Origin: Patescibacteria group bacterium | GTDB lineage: Bacteria; Patescibacteriota; Minisyncoccia; Phycocordibacterales; Phycocordibacteraceae | Direction: 5' to 3' | DNA: 64,000 nt | Assembly (NCBI GenBank): GCA_004322365.1 | Contig: SCTS01000006.1 | Location: 160,756 to 224,755 of the forward strand | Shown: positions 1-10,310 of the stretch, one piece after another | How the letters are laid out: every line of letters starts with the position of its first letter | Position numbering within the stretch: position 1 is the stretch's first letter | Program-made: the position numbers and the translations under genes | The notes under the pieces: generated by a model | The model's database searches: none | What the model was told of the DNA's origin: nothing | Seen by the model: the letters and a program-made list of their open reading frames with translations, nothing else

Positions 1-1581
1 TATTTCAACGGAACCTTCTCAAGATCTACCCTGCAACCATTTGACTCTCGTGCCATTTCGGCAACTGACGAGGATAAACCACCTGCACCATTGTCGGTAA
101 TGCTGTTATACAAATTCAAGTCTCTCGCCTCCTTACAAATGGCATCAGAAAATTTCTTCTGAGTAATGGCGTCGCCAATCTGCACAGCCGTCGCAGGACT
201 TCCTGAATCTAAGCTCACCGAAGAAAATGTTGCGCCATGAATACCGTCTAAGCCCACTCGCCCACCAACCATGACAATGTAATCACCTGATTTTGCCTTC
301 TTCTCATAGAGAATACGTTTGCCATTTTTCTTTGGGATAAGTCCTACCGTTCCAGCAAACACTAAAGGTTTACCACGATATAAATCATCAAAAATCATGA
401 AGCCGTTTGGAGTTGGGATACCACTCTGGTTTCCACCTGCATTGATTCCCTGAATAACTCCTTCTGCTATGCGCTTTGGTGGAAGCATCTCCTGCGTTAG
501 ATTTTTATCCCTATACAATTTTCGTGTGTCTTCAGGAAACGCGAAACAAAAACCATATACATTTGCAACTGGTTTTGCACCAAGACCAAACCCAAGCGTG
601 TCGCGATTCACACCAACAATGCCAGTAATGGCTCCACCAAACGGATCTAAGGCTGAGGGACTGTTATGTGTTTCTACTTTATGTGTCACCACATATTTCT
701 CATCAAATATGATTCCTCCTGCATTATCTTTAAACACTGAGACACAAAAATCTTTCTTTCCCTTCTTTGCGCGAATTTTTGCAGTAGCTCCTTTAATATA
801 TTTCTTATAGATTCCTTCTGAAATAGAATCTAACGGATTTGCAAAAATCGTGTGCTTGCAGTGCTCTGACCATGTTTGTGCCAATGCCTCGAGTTCAACA
901 TCAGTTGGGTTGCGATGGAGGTGTCGAAAATGATTACGAATGGCGTGGAGTGCATCCAAATCAAGCGCTAGAGGACCGCGATGTGTACCATCCTCACTTT
1001 TAATTCCATGAGTACCTATAATGAGAAGCTCTTCATCGCTAACCTCAAGATCCACTTCGAGCACTCGCGAGGAACTCGTGAGTTCCACACGAGGGACACT
1101 CGTTAGTGTTTTTCTTCCTTTAAGTGACGAATCGTATATCCGCGCAGACTGAATAAGAGGGTTATGCAAACTCGCTGCAATTTTTTCTACATGTGCTCGT
1201 GATAGTTCTCCTTCAATAAAAAATACCTGAAGCGAATACACTTTCTCCCCTACCTTAAAAGAACGCTTGATAGTGTCTTCAACTGTTTGCTCGGTAGTGG
1301 TGCCAACATTATCAGTAACCCCAGGGAGGAATCCTACCTCAATAGCGTAATCAAATTTCTGCGGGACTGAGCGCCCGACCGTTGACGCTTCAGTCACACT
1401 GTTAGTAAGTGCTCGCGCTACCTGCGACACCTGTCTTGGCGAGAGCTTCGCGTCAATAAGATACGAATCAACAATATGCACTTTTGTAACCGCTGAACCT
1501 GTAAGCGCTCGAAATGCTTTCAATTTCACTTCGGCCCGTGCATCCAGAATTGTAGGTGTGACATCAATCCGGATAACCATG
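1..1581 (-). CDS. purL: Phosphoribosylformylglycinamidine synthase subunit PurL (5' part; gene runs off the window start)
   Basis: Reverse-strand translation from an ATG at 1581-1579 gives MVIRIDVTPTILDARAEVKLKAF... with the FGAM-synthase motif EALAQTWSEHCKHTIF and AIR-synthase-like G-rich segments. The ORF track shows no stop before position 1, so the C-terminus lies outside the window. Confidence 0.85.
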
Positions 1582-1634
1582 TACCCCTTATAATAAAGCG
1601 AAAATGCTCGCGCTCAAAATCCCAATGATGAGAC

Positions 1635-2858
1635 TTAGATTTTCTTGAGGACATCCCAAAGGCTTAGGTCTTCCCCGCCGTCAATTTTGAATATAGCAAT
1701 ACCCCTAACTCCCAACTTCTTTGCGAGAGCTATCTTATCTGCGATGGCATTTGCATCACTCCACCAGACGATGTTATAGGACGGGATAGTAGCAACTGGA
1801 GTGGTAACGCCATCCGAATAAGAAGTCGTCGCAATAGGTATCAGATTTAACAAAGGATCAATGTTTGCATTAGTGTTCGCACTCGGTAATACATTCGGAA
1901 TGTATGTGAAGCTCATCTCCCCTGCACTATTCCTTTCTACTTTAGGTTGGTACTGAGCAATAAGATCGTATGCGTACCTTTGGTTGAATGCCCACTGTAA
2001 ATCGTACCTATAGCCGTATTCAGAAAGTGGAGTCACTGTATATTCATAGCCATACGTTGCGACACCTATAACAATCTTCTTTTTTGAAATGGTCTTTGAT
2101 GCAAGTGTAATCACTTTTTCCACCCATTTTGGATCAGCAACTGGGACATAAGGGGAGCCGTTTGCAGCTTTATTCAACTTTACATCTATCGCACCCTGAT
2201 CATACGTCATAATGTGCACGCGGTCACAGTATTTATTGATGGCAACATAATCATTCGCATACACAGTGGCATCTGCTGGTGGAGCGCTGTCATAACGTGA
2301 CGATACAGGGGTGCGTGCTTCAATGTCGCAAGTAACCCACTTGTTCCCCATCCTTTGGTACAGCCCCTTAAGAAACAGAGCGAAGTATTCTTTTGTCTCT
2401 GCCTTCTTTCCTTCAAAATCAATATCAATACCATCAAAACCCTTTGTCTTCACAAGAGCGGCTATTTCATCCTCAAGAGCGATACGAGTTTTAGTATTGC
2501 TGAGTATTCGGTGTATCGCTTCGCCGTTTGACCACATCACCGTAGGAATAACTCGCACTTTTTTCGCTTTCGCAGTAGCAATAAGTTCTGGCCATGGAGC
2601 CTCATCTATTTTCATAGTGTCGGACAATGTTCCGTCATTTTTTACCGAATAACCAAAAGGGTTGATTTCAGTAAATGCATCTATATGTAACAAAGCATCT
2701 GCTGTTGATGTAGCCTTACGCCAATATGGGAGCCATCCCGAAACTTCAAGTTTCTGAGTTTTTGGCTTTGATGCAGCATCTACAGAAACTGCCATGCCAC
2801 CAAAGGTCAGTAAGAGAGCAAAAATAGCGCACACTGCAAATACATTTTTTGACTGCAT
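1635..2858 (-). CDS. Secreted glycoside hydrolase family 18-like protein (chitinase/YaaH-like)
   Basis: 407 aa with an N-terminal signal peptide. Carries the GH18 catalytic signature DGIDIDFE (DxxDxDxE). Confidence 0.65.
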   Translation of the reverse strand: MQSKNVFAVCAIFALLLTFGGMAVSVDAASKPKTQKLEVSGWLPYWRKATSTADALLHIDAFTEINPFGYSVKNDGTLSDTMKIDEAPWPELIATAKAKKVRVIPTVMWSNGEAIHRILSNTKTRIALEDEIAALVKTKGFDGIDIDFEGKKAETKEYFALFLKGLYQRMGNKWVTCDIEARTPVSSRYDSAPPADATVYANDYVAINKYCDRVHIMTYDQGAIDVKLNKAANGSPYVPVADPKWVEKVITLASKTISKKKIVIGVATYGYEYTVTPLSEYGYRYDLQWAFNQRYAYDLIAQYQPKVERNSAGEMSFTYIPNVLPSANTNANIDPLLNLIPIATTSYSDGVTTPVATIPSYNIVWWSDANAIADKIALAKKLGVRGIAIFKIDGGEDLSLWDVLKKI

Positions 2859-2995
2859 TACGATAAGTATACCCTGTGAGATAATTTACTTCGATGAAGA
2901 TGCATACAGTAAAAAACACTTCGATTTTTTCTTAACTCCTTTAATTCAGATACTCCCACCACACCGAGGATTGGCGGTATTTAAAGTCTCTACCA

Positions 2996-3487
2996 GTGAT
3001 ACCATTGTTATGTATGAACAATATTGAGACAGATTCTAAGGATACGGGTGTTCAATCTGGACAAATGGGAAAAGTAAAAATAATTGTCGCACACTACTAC
3101 GGTGATCCGCTTCGTAGAATTTTTGTTGCCATTGCAGTAATCTCTGTTCTGGTTATTCCTCTCTGGGGAAACCTTCTTCCTTTTGGTACATTCTTTGAAC
3201 TTTTAAGTGCGCTCCTTCTCGTACTCCTCGCTGGCCTTACAAACCCCCACAGCCCAACTGTAGCGGTAATTAATACCCTAGTGTCTGCTACGGGAGCCCT
3301 ACTCCTTGAAATGGCAGCGATTGACTTCTATCATTCACAGTCGTTCTTACTATTTGCCATCCGAGAAACCACAGCAATCCTCTTTCTCTTTGCACTCTAC
3401 TTTGCTGTAAAAACACTCCGCGCCATGCTTTTGAAACAAGTTGGACACCTACCAGAGCACGGAGAGTTTGACGACGTAAAGAAGTAA
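2996..3487 (+). CDS. Hypothetical small integral membrane protein
   Basis: 163 aa with several hydrophobic helices. No recognisable motif. One of the few plus-strand ORFs in this region. Confidence 0.4.
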   Translation: MIPLLCMNNIETDSKDTGVQSGQMGKVKIIVAHYYGDPLRRIFVAIAVISVLVIPLWGNLLPFGTFFELLSALLLVLLAGLTNPHSPTVAVINTLVSATGALLLEMAAIDFYHSQSFLLFAIRETTAILFLFALYFAVKTLRAMLLKQVGHLPEHGEFDDVKK

Positions 3488-3507
3488 AAGTTGAATCAAA
3501 TTTTAAA

Positions 3508-4176
3508 TTATCGTGTAAGTACGAGTGAATAACGAATTGCATCAAATTCTTTCAATAGCGCCTGCTTATCGAACGCCTCTACTGTGCCGGGGCTATAGTT
3601 GCCAATGTTCGTAGAATGGAAAAAATAGCGCACTGCCGTGCAAGGCACACTTCCTGAAATCACGTACACGATTTCTTCATAAAGATTACCTGCGCCAGCA
3701 CCAGCAGTCTTTGTCATTAAGTAGGTGGTACCTTTTTCTTTTAATGTCTTCGACACCAAACCCTCTTCAACAAAACTGGTGCCCGTACATGGCGCTACAC
3801 GAGGAAGTATCTCTACAGAAACACCGGTATCGATATGCGAGAGATTGTTTCCCTCTGTGTATGACTTAGGAATTTTAAACTGCACCCCTTTACTGCCTTG
3901 ACGCGAACCAAGTTCCGTACGTACGGATGAAGAATCAGCGATATATTCTGGTGGATATAAAATAGAAATACCAAGTTTTGTAGAATCAAATTCACGCCAA
4001 CCTTCAGGAACACTTGCGTTTGCAACAAGTGTCGAGTCATCAAAAAATAAGCTGAGAGTTGAAGGGTGATAAAAAACCCACAGAGACAGGAGGCATGCAA
4101 TCGCCAGAACGATTACCAACCACTGCATGACACTGCCCCGAACCACCCTCCTGTTCATACCTTCAGAATAGAACAT
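3508..4176 (-). CDS. Hypothetical membrane-anchored protein
   Basis: 222 aa with an N-terminal TM helix (WLVIVLAIACLLSLWVF) and no known motif. Confidence 0.45.
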   Translation of the reverse strand: MFYSEGMNRRVVRGSVMQWLVIVLAIACLLSLWVFYHPSTLSLFFDDSTLVANASVPEGWREFDSTKLGISILYPPEYIADSSSVRTELGSRQGSKGVQFKIPKSYTEGNNLSHIDTGVSVEILPRVAPCTGTSFVEEGLVSKTLKEKGTTYLMTKTAGAGAGNLYEEIVYVISGSVPCTAVRYFFHSTNIGNYSPGTVEAFDKQALLKEFDAIRYSLVLTR

Positions 4177-4259
4177 GGATTCATTATTACATGAAGACTA
4201 CGCTACCAGCCCTCGTTTTCTTTTTTTAATGATTGAAGTAAATTATAGGGATTTTTTCT

Positions 4260-5837
4260 TCATAATGTCTCTACAATCTCAAGAACAGAATCTGACTTAG
4301 CAACTTCTAGTCGAGTCGACATTGATTTAAACATTGCGACTGCCTGCTCATACCCAACTACCCACCCAGTCTGTCGAACACTGTTATAGAAAGGGGTGCG
4401 GAGCATATTTCCTGCCGTATCGTAGGTTTCAGGATATCCATAATAACGAACCATATTTTTTGAATATGCACCAATATGCCGTGCAGCACGCTCTAAGAAT
4501 AAATGCTGATTATCATATTCAGATAACGCAACAAGAACTTTTATAAACTCCGCCCCCCAGAAACTCCATATAGCGGTACCTCCATAGGACGCAACAAAAA
4601 GACGGACAATGGGTACTTGGCGTGACGCTCTGTTGGTTTGTTGATACCGCAAAGGGAATGGCATATCAATCCCTTCCTTTATCGTGTAGAGAGTTGCGCG
4701 CTCAAGATATCGCCTCTCATCAGACTTTGTGACATCCAAGAATCCAGTAAAGTATGCGGCCAACCAGTCTGCGGAATAATATTTTCCTGCTACCCCCTCA
4801 GAAGAACTATCTTCTAAAAAGTACCCTTCCTTCTCTTGCCAATAGGTCTCGAGAATACGGGTCTTTAACTTAGGGAGATCAACTGCAGGTATATTTTCTA
4901 TACCCAATGTCCGCGCCAGCATAAATGTTTTCCAAAAAATAACATTGTCATAAAATGCACTCGTGCGCACAGTGATGTCTTTCGCTGATGAAATATGAAT
5001 ATCCTTTTTAATTAAGCCTGTTTCCGTATCAAAAACTCGGTTGTAGTATTTCGTAATAAGAAGCGCTAGTGCATCACGATTCTCTTCGAGAAGATTCCCA
5101 GCGGCAGTCTTTGTCTCAAGTCCAAAACTATTTTCTGATTCAAAAGGATACCGCTTCACGAAAAAGGAGTTGTCGATAAGTGTCGATAAGCCAAAAAGAA
5201 CACCGTAGAGAGCGTCTGATGGATAATGATAGATATTTATACAACTCACCGCTCGAGGTCCTACTGGCACAATAGTGGTGGTACAATCGCCATTTTTTGT
5301 AAATGCAGCGATTGCATAGGCAACTGTTTGAAGGTAGATTCTCTGTCTATTTTCCCAATCACTTTTTCCTAATGCAGTTCGTGGATCAAGGGTTGCATAA
5401 TAAAACACACCAAGATTCCTTGGATAAAAAACATTAAAATGATCTCCTGAAATCAAATAGGGCCTCTTTGGATTGAATCGCACCTTATGAATATCGCGTA
5501 TAACGCCCTCGAGACTTCGGCTTCTTGCTTTCTCACCAGCATGCACATTGGAAACGATATGCCACGCACATTTCGCGTACGCAAAACCGTGCCAAAAGAA
5601 GGACTTACATACCTTAAGATTGAAACGCTTCAGAAGGGCGATGGTTCTCCCCTGTCGTCTTGTTTCAAATGGATTCTTAACGCGACTCATTCGACCATAC
5701 GGATTTGAGAATGCAGAGTACATAATCAACGCCACAAGCGTCACAATAAAAAAAATAGCGAAACCATCTGAATAGTAATGATGATGTCTCATATTCAAAC
5801 GCGCACTTGGAAAACTATAGAAAAACCCATGGTACAA
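4260..5837 (-). CDS. Hypothetical membrane-anchored protein, possibly an (alpha/alpha)6-type glycoside hydrolase
   Basis: 525-aa uninterrupted ORF with an N-terminal TM segment and a large aromatic-rich soluble domain. The glycosidase assignment is a guess from composition only. Confidence 0.45.
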   Translation of the reverse strand: MYHGFFYSFPSARLNMRHHHYYSDGFAIFFIVTLVALIMYSAFSNPYGRMSRVKNPFETRRQGRTIALLKRFNLKVCKSFFWHGFAYAKCAWHIVSNVHAGEKARSRSLEGVIRDIHKVRFNPKRPYLISGDHFNVFYPRNLGVFYYATLDPRTALGKSDWENRQRIYLQTVAYAIAAFTKNGDCTTTIVPVGPRAVSCINIYHYPSDALYGVLFGLSTLIDNSFFVKRYPFESENSFGLETKTAAGNLLEENRDALALLITKYYNRVFDTETGLIKKDIHISSAKDITVRTSAFYDNVIFWKTFMLARTLGIENIPAVDLPKLKTRILETYWQEKEGYFLEDSSSEGVAGKYYSADWLAAYFTGFLDVTKSDERRYLERATLYTIKEGIDMPFPLRYQQTNRASRQVPIVRLFVASYGGTAIWSFWGAEFIKVLVALSEYDNQHLFLERAARHIGAYSKNMVRYYGYPETYDTAGNMLRTPFYNSVRQTGWVVGYEQAVAMFKSMSTRLEVAKSDSVLEIVETL

Positions 5838-5846
5838 AAAAAATAA

Positions 5847-6377
5847 CTACGGCACGAGCTTTAAGAGTGTTTCGAAATTACCCCGAATACCTGGAGTTTC
5901 CGCACCCCCCTCATCTAACAATCCCTTTTTGATAACCAACTGACCACCCTCCTCAAATACACCGAGCTCCGTGCCTCCACCTGCCCACCAACAGATGGCG
6001 CCTGCCTGCTCACCTGCCACAAGCTGCCAGCTTGAATTCTTAATGTCCGTGCAGTTTCCTTCATAGGTACCCGCGCTATATTTCTTGTCATTCATCGCAA
6101 AAGTTACCTCGGTATGGGGTATTCCCTGCACCATGTCTTCACCAACATCAACAAAACTCCAAGTCATTGTTGGAGTAGGGCACGCTGTAAATTCGCACTG
6201 TGGACCGGCTCGCCCAACCGCACTTCCATCTGGGCAGATTTTAGCCTCCATAGTACATGCTACTCCCTGTGGTTTTGCTTGCGGTTGCAAGAAAAGAAAT
6301 CCTCCACCAACAACAACTATTCCTACTCCAATAGTAGCTATGAGTCCTATTTTCGTCATTTCTCTAGCGTAACACAC
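5847..6377 (-). CDS. Small Cys-rich membrane-anchored protein (paralog A of 44315-44866)
   Basis: 176 aa with an N-terminal TM helix. Shares EAKICPDGSAVGRAGPQCEFTAC and GTYEGNC...GEQAGAICW...GTELGVFEEGGQLVIKK with the protein encoded at 44315-44866. Confidence 0.6.
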   Translation of the reverse strand: MCYAREMTKIGLIATIGVGIVVVGGGFLFLQPQAKPQGVACTMEAKICPDGSAVGRAGPQCEFTACPTPTMTWSFVDVGEDMVQGIPHTEVTFAMNDKKYSAGTYEGNCTDIKNSSWQLVAGEQAGAICWWAGGGTELGVFEEGGQLVIKKGLLDEGGAETPGIRGNFETLLKLVP

Positions 6378-6412
6378 TGCCTACCGCATAAAAAAACCTC
6401 TTATAGACAGCC

Positions 6413-8098
6413 CTATTGCTTAAAAAATAGACGGGCAATACGAAGATCTTCATACGAGTACATACCATTAAAACGCTCAAATATCGGAGAAAGTCGTTCG
6501 ACTCCTTGGAGCTCAAATACCTCGTGAATAACCGGCAAGGCCTCTATAATATTCACTGAAAAAATGTTTTGTATATCATTCACTTCACATAAACCCTGCG
6601 CTATTATTTTTTCAACATGGTCAATAAGTGTCCCAACTTTTAATGATCGTATCTTGGCAATATCAGAGATGGAGTGACCTTCCTGTATCAGGATAAGTGT
6701 TTTAGAAAGTGTACTGGATTTTTCTTTTTTGCTCTGAATATTCTTCTCTGATTCAAATGTTCCTCCGCATGCACGAATAAAATTTTCTTCCATACCCGCA
6801 TGCTCTGCATCACTCATCTCCTCAAAAACTGCCCGTGCGTCCTCAGACTTAATACGAAATTGTGCATCCTGTTCAGCCACTCGAGGGTGCACCAAGAGTG
6901 CCCGCTCGCTCCACCCTAGAAGATGAAGCCCTCGGAGGGTTCGTACCCTTGAGAGAGCGACATACCCATGCCCATGCTCGAATACTTGCGAGAGGTCAAT
7001 TGCAGCAGCGTCCATACTCATACCTTGGCTCTTGTGTATGGTCATGGCCCATGCAAGTCGAAGTGGCACCTGATTAATCCGTGCACGCACCTTACCGTTC
7101 TGTTCAACAGCCCACTCCATAGGCTCCACAGTAAAGACTCGCCCATCTTTCGTTTTTACAATTGGATATGAATTCTCTTCATTAAACCCGATAACAACCC
7201 CAAGCGTGCCATTTGCAAATCCGATACTTGGATTGTTCTTCGTACACATCACCACTGCATCCTTCTTGAGAAAAAGTTTTTCGGGAGAGAGGCATCCCCG
7301 TTTGAGACCGAGAATGAGATTATCACTCCCCTGTGCAGTCATCACAAATTCTGTTGGCTGACCCTTCAGTTTAGCGAGTGCATCCGCGTTAATGCGATCT
7401 ACATCCATATTGTGTGCAAAAAGTCGTGGAATTTTATGTGAAACCTCCTCCGGAGATACTGCTCTATCTTGAAAACACAACAGAGTATCCTCATCGGCGA
7501 CACCCGACCTAATAGAAGCGAGAGCAGAAAGGAATACTTCATCTTCTTGTCTATGCTGTTCAGTGAGGTAACAAACAATTGGATTGACGGCCTTCCAGAC
7601 CGCAGACTCAAAAGCAAATGACGCTCGTGAAGCCCCTCGTTTAGAAACTGGTGGGAGTTGGAAAAAATCACCAACAAATATTACTTGTATTCCACCAAAT
7701 ACTTCTTGACTACGGTGTACCTCTCGCACCACGGCCTCTGCTAAAGCTAAGGTTTCTCCAGACAGCATTGAGACCTCATCGATAATGAGTATGCGTGATT
7801 TTGTTATTCGCCTTGCCACATGCTCTTTCCCTGCAATGGCATCAACATCCTGCTCTGATAGATGCTCTGCAATCCCTATACCACTCCAAGAGTGTAATGT
7901 AATGCCTCCAATGTGTGTCGCTGCAATACCTGTTGATGCGGTGATGGCAGGTTCAATTCCTTTACCTCGAAGCCATGCTACATATTCATTTACGGTGTGG
8001 GTCTTTCCACTTCCAGGTTCACCTGTCAAAAAAACATTAGCGCCCGTCTTCAAAATCGTTAGTGCATCATTCTGCGTCATCGACACAGGGTACCGCAA
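6413..8098 (-). CDS. PIF1/RecD-family ATP-dependent DNA helicase with C-terminal HTH domain
   Basis: 561 aa. Walker A motif GEPGSGKT, an AAA_30/UvrD_C-like layout (ILIIDEVSM, QLPPV, VALSRVR) and a C-terminal helix-turn-helix-like tail. Confidence 0.8.
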   Translation of the reverse strand: MRYPVSMTQNDALTILKTGANVFLTGEPGSGKTHTVNEYVAWLRGKGIEPAITASTGIAATHIGGITLHSWSGIGIAEHLSEQDVDAIAGKEHVARRITKSRILIIDEVSMLSGETLALAEAVVREVHRSQEVFGGIQVIFVGDFFQLPPVSKRGASRASFAFESAVWKAVNPIVCYLTEQHRQEDEVFLSALASIRSGVADEDTLLCFQDRAVSPEEVSHKIPRLFAHNMDVDRINADALAKLKGQPTEFVMTAQGSDNLILGLKRGCLSPEKLFLKKDAVVMCTKNNPSIGFANGTLGVVIGFNEENSYPIVKTKDGRVFTVEPMEWAVEQNGKVRARINQVPLRLAWAMTIHKSQGMSMDAAAIDLSQVFEHGHGYVALSRVRTLRGLHLLGWSERALLVHPRVAEQDAQFRIKSEDARAVFEEMSDAEHAGMEENFIRACGGTFESEKNIQSKKEKSSTLSKTLILIQEGHSISDIAKIRSLKVGTLIDHVEKIIAQGLCEVNDIQNIFSVNIIEALPVIHEVFELQGVERLSPIFERFNGMYSYEDLRIARLFFKQ

Positions 8099-8140
8099 AA
8101 TACCATTTTGCTGTACATAAAAATCTTTCCGTTTATACAG

Positions 8141-8399
8141 TCATTTCTCAATATTCCTGTGTATAAGTGTAATTTTTTCTTCTCGAGTTAATCTTTTTAG
8201 TTCTGCTTCACGAGCACGAGCCTGTGCAAAGCTTGTGCATATTTCTGTGTATTTCAGCACAACAGGTCTCCTAATTTTTGTATAGTGGGCACCCTGCTGA
8301 GGCATGATTATGCTGATGGACTCGTTTTTCCAAATTAACAGTAGATCCAATATAAAGGCTCGTATCAGCGCACTCTAAAATATAAACAAAGTGAGACAT
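8141..8399 (-). pseudogene. GIY-YIG nuclease family gene (UPF0213/YhbQ-like) disrupted by a frameshift
   Basis: The N-terminal half (MSHFVYILECADTSLYIGSTVNLEKRVHQHN..., ATG at 8399) stops at a TAG at 8271-8273. The C-terminal half (..AHYTKIRRPVVLKYTEICTSFAQARAREAELKRLTREEKITLI) is in another frame (ORF 8141-8350). Confidence 0.6.
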
Positions 8400-8518
8400 C
8401 TAAACATTTACCGACATTTTCCCAAGATAAAAACCAAGAAAAAATACTCCGACAAATAAAATAATAGCTACCACCTGCGAAAATTTTGTAACTTTCTTCC
8501 ACTCCATAATTTCTAAAA

Positions 8519-9067
8519 TTAATATTGTACTCGGATGGCACGCTCAAGACGGAGTGGGTTCGTCGTAATGCATGTGTTGTAACCTTGCGAGGCAATAACT
8601 GTTTCGGTTGGATAAAAAGTTTTAGTAACCGTCACGGTAATGCAAGGATTGGCCACTCCTCCGTCAAGTGGGAAAGAAAACACGCTGGTGTATGTTGGAC
8701 GGAGTACCGTGCCCCCTGAGGTGCGCGTTACATCTGCCAAACCACCTCCACAAGCAACCTGTGTGAGCGCTGATGTTGTTGCAAATGCATTCTGTTTTGT
8801 ATCCCAATAGAGAGCGCACTCGATTCCGGTATCAGCTGCAAAAAAAGCAAATTGTGACTCACGACCTGATGACGAAAGGATAATTTCTTTTGAGAGAATA
8901 TTAAAAATTGCCGAACCAATAGCAATGAGTATGCTACTAATCAATACTGCGAGCAGAAGAGTGAATCCCCGTGAGCTACGAGAAAAGGCTTTTTGAGTTA
9001 ATGAACTCGCACCTGGAACCTGGAACCTGGAACCTATTTTTTCTTTCATACTCATGGTCCTGCCCAA
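8519..9067 (-). CDS. Minor pilin / pseudopilin with prepilin-type N-terminal segment
   Basis: 182 aa. Long leader, then G|FTLLLAVLISSILIAIG, a hydrophobic helix typical of type IV pilin N-termini. The leader contains the (CCTGGAA)3 heptamer array. Confidence 0.6.
   Translation of the reverse strand: MGRTMSMKEKIGSRFQVPGASSLTQKAFSRSSRGFTLLLAVLISSILIAIGSAIFNILSKEIILSSSGRESQFAFFAADTGIECALYWDTKQNAFATTSALTQVACGGGLADVTRTSGGTVLRPTYTSVFSFPLDGGVANPCITVTVTKTFYPTETVIASQGYNTCITTNPLRLERAIRVQY
9012..9035. repeat. Heptanucleotide tandem repeat (CCTGGAA) x3.4 inside the minor-pilin leader
   Basis: Sequence acctggaacctggaacctggaacct. Encodes ..SRFQVPG.. of ORF 8519-9067. Confidence 0.9.
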
Positions 9068-9618
9068 TTAAAAAGATGCTCAGTAACCTGAAACGACCTG
9101 CTAATTCCAACCGATACCCAAGAGATTCTCACCTTCACTATTACTTCGTCAACACTACCTGCAACGGGCGTAATAGAAAGAACTCTAGTAAAGGCTGACG
9201 CAGGCCCGCTCGTTGCATCCTGATTGTATAATTTTGTTGCACTACTTATATATATGGGAGGACAGGTACTCAGAACACCGCATGCACTGTGGGTAAAACG
9301 AGGAAAATCAACCACACATGATGCCCCAACGCAGTCACCAAGATTGGTAAGCCACGATGCGTTAGCAAGATAGTTTTGATCACGCTGGGCTCTCACATAT
9401 TCCACCGCTTCCTGCGCAAGATAGAAAGCAGTCACTTGATCCCGTGCGTAATATGCGAGACGAAGAGATTGTGCAGCAATTGAGAGCGGCCCGACAAGCG
9501 AAACCAATAACACCGTAATCGCCACAAAGGTCTCAATCAAAGTAAACGCGCGAATTACTTTCGCTTTTCTAGAACCTGAAAGCTGAAACCTGAAAGCTGA
9601 AAGCTGGTTGTTTTTCAT
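9052..9618 (-). CDS. Minor pilin / pseudopilin (prepilin-type N-terminal cleavage/methylation domain)
   Basis: 188 aa with RAFTLIETFVAITVLLV (Glu at +5). The leader codons are built from five heptamer repeats. Confidence 0.7.
   Translation of the reverse strand: MKNNQLSAFRFQLSGSRKAKVIRAFTLIETFVAITVLLVSLVGPLSIAAQSLRLAYYARDQVTAFYLAQEAVEYVRAQRDQNYLANASWLTNLGDCVGASCVVDFPRFTHSACGVLSTCPPIYISSATKLYNQDATSGPASAFTRVLSITPVAGSVDEVIVKVRISWVSVGISRSFQVTEHLFNWAGP
9573..9607. repeat. Heptanucleotide tandem repeat (AACCTGA/AAGCTGA) x5 inside the minor-pilin leader
   Basis: Sequence aacctgaaagctgaaacctgaaagctgaaagctgg. Encodes ..QLSAFRFQLSG.. of ORF 9052-9618. Confidence 0.9.
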
Positions 9619-9620
9619 AT

Positions 9621-10310
9621 TTATATATCGAGGACTCTTTGAACAACGCTTGCCTGCACGGTAAATGTAGTTGTGCCCCCCGGAACTACCGCTGAACCCT
9701 TAATACGCATAAGAACGCGGGGCTGTATGCCATCTCCTTTCGCTGAGCCAACAACATAAAAATCGAAGCTATCAATTGAGACTTCGGGTGCAGTAATCGC
9801 AATCCAACTACCGTTAGCACCTCCACGCAAAGAACGCTCAAGTTGTGTACCGTTTAACCGATAGACAACTTGGTCATTCGCGTCAGTCAAATTGCCTGTT
9901 GACGACTCGAACGCAAGAAGACGAGCTCCACCCAAAGCGCAATCTTGTGGATTTGCAATTGTTGAAGACGGTGGAGGAGATGGGGGTGTTGTGGCAGAAG
10001 TAACGCAATTATATAAGGTGCCTACACGAATGGATCGTGACATACCTTCGACTGCTGCACTCAAGTTGTTCATGACTGAGTGGATTGCCTGCGCACGGTG
10101 GTTTGTAGCCACAAGTGACAATAACCCGCCAACCCCAACCATCATAACAATGGCGAATATTGTTACCGCAACCATCATCTCAATCAGAGTGAATCCGCGC
10201 GCTGTTTCCTTTCCACCTGTGCGGAGCAAAGTACCTATACGAAAGACTGAGACTTGGGCAAACGCCCCGGAGTGGTCTTTCGTATAGGTACTTTGTGTAG
10301 TTTTTTTCAT
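9621..10310 (-). CDS. Minor pilin / pseudopilin (prepilin-type N-terminal domain)
   Basis: 229 aa with RGFTLIEMMVAVTIFAIV. Confidence 0.7.
   Translation of the reverse strand: MKKTTQSTYTKDHSGAFAQVSVFRIGTLLRTGGKETARGFTLIEMMVAVTIFAIVMMVGVGGLLSLVATNHRAQAIHSVMNNLSAAVEGMSRSIRVGTLYNCVTSATTPPSPPPSSTIANPQDCALGGARLLAFESSTGNLTDANDQVVYRLNGTQLERSLRGGANGSWIAITAPEVSIDSFDFYVVGSAKGDGIQPRVLMRIKGSAVVPGGTTTFTVQASVVQRVLDI

Noticed and set aside
469-810. 113-aa plus-strand ORF
   Set aside because: Lies antisense inside the clearly conserved purL reading frame and has no motif. It is most likely a shadow ORF.
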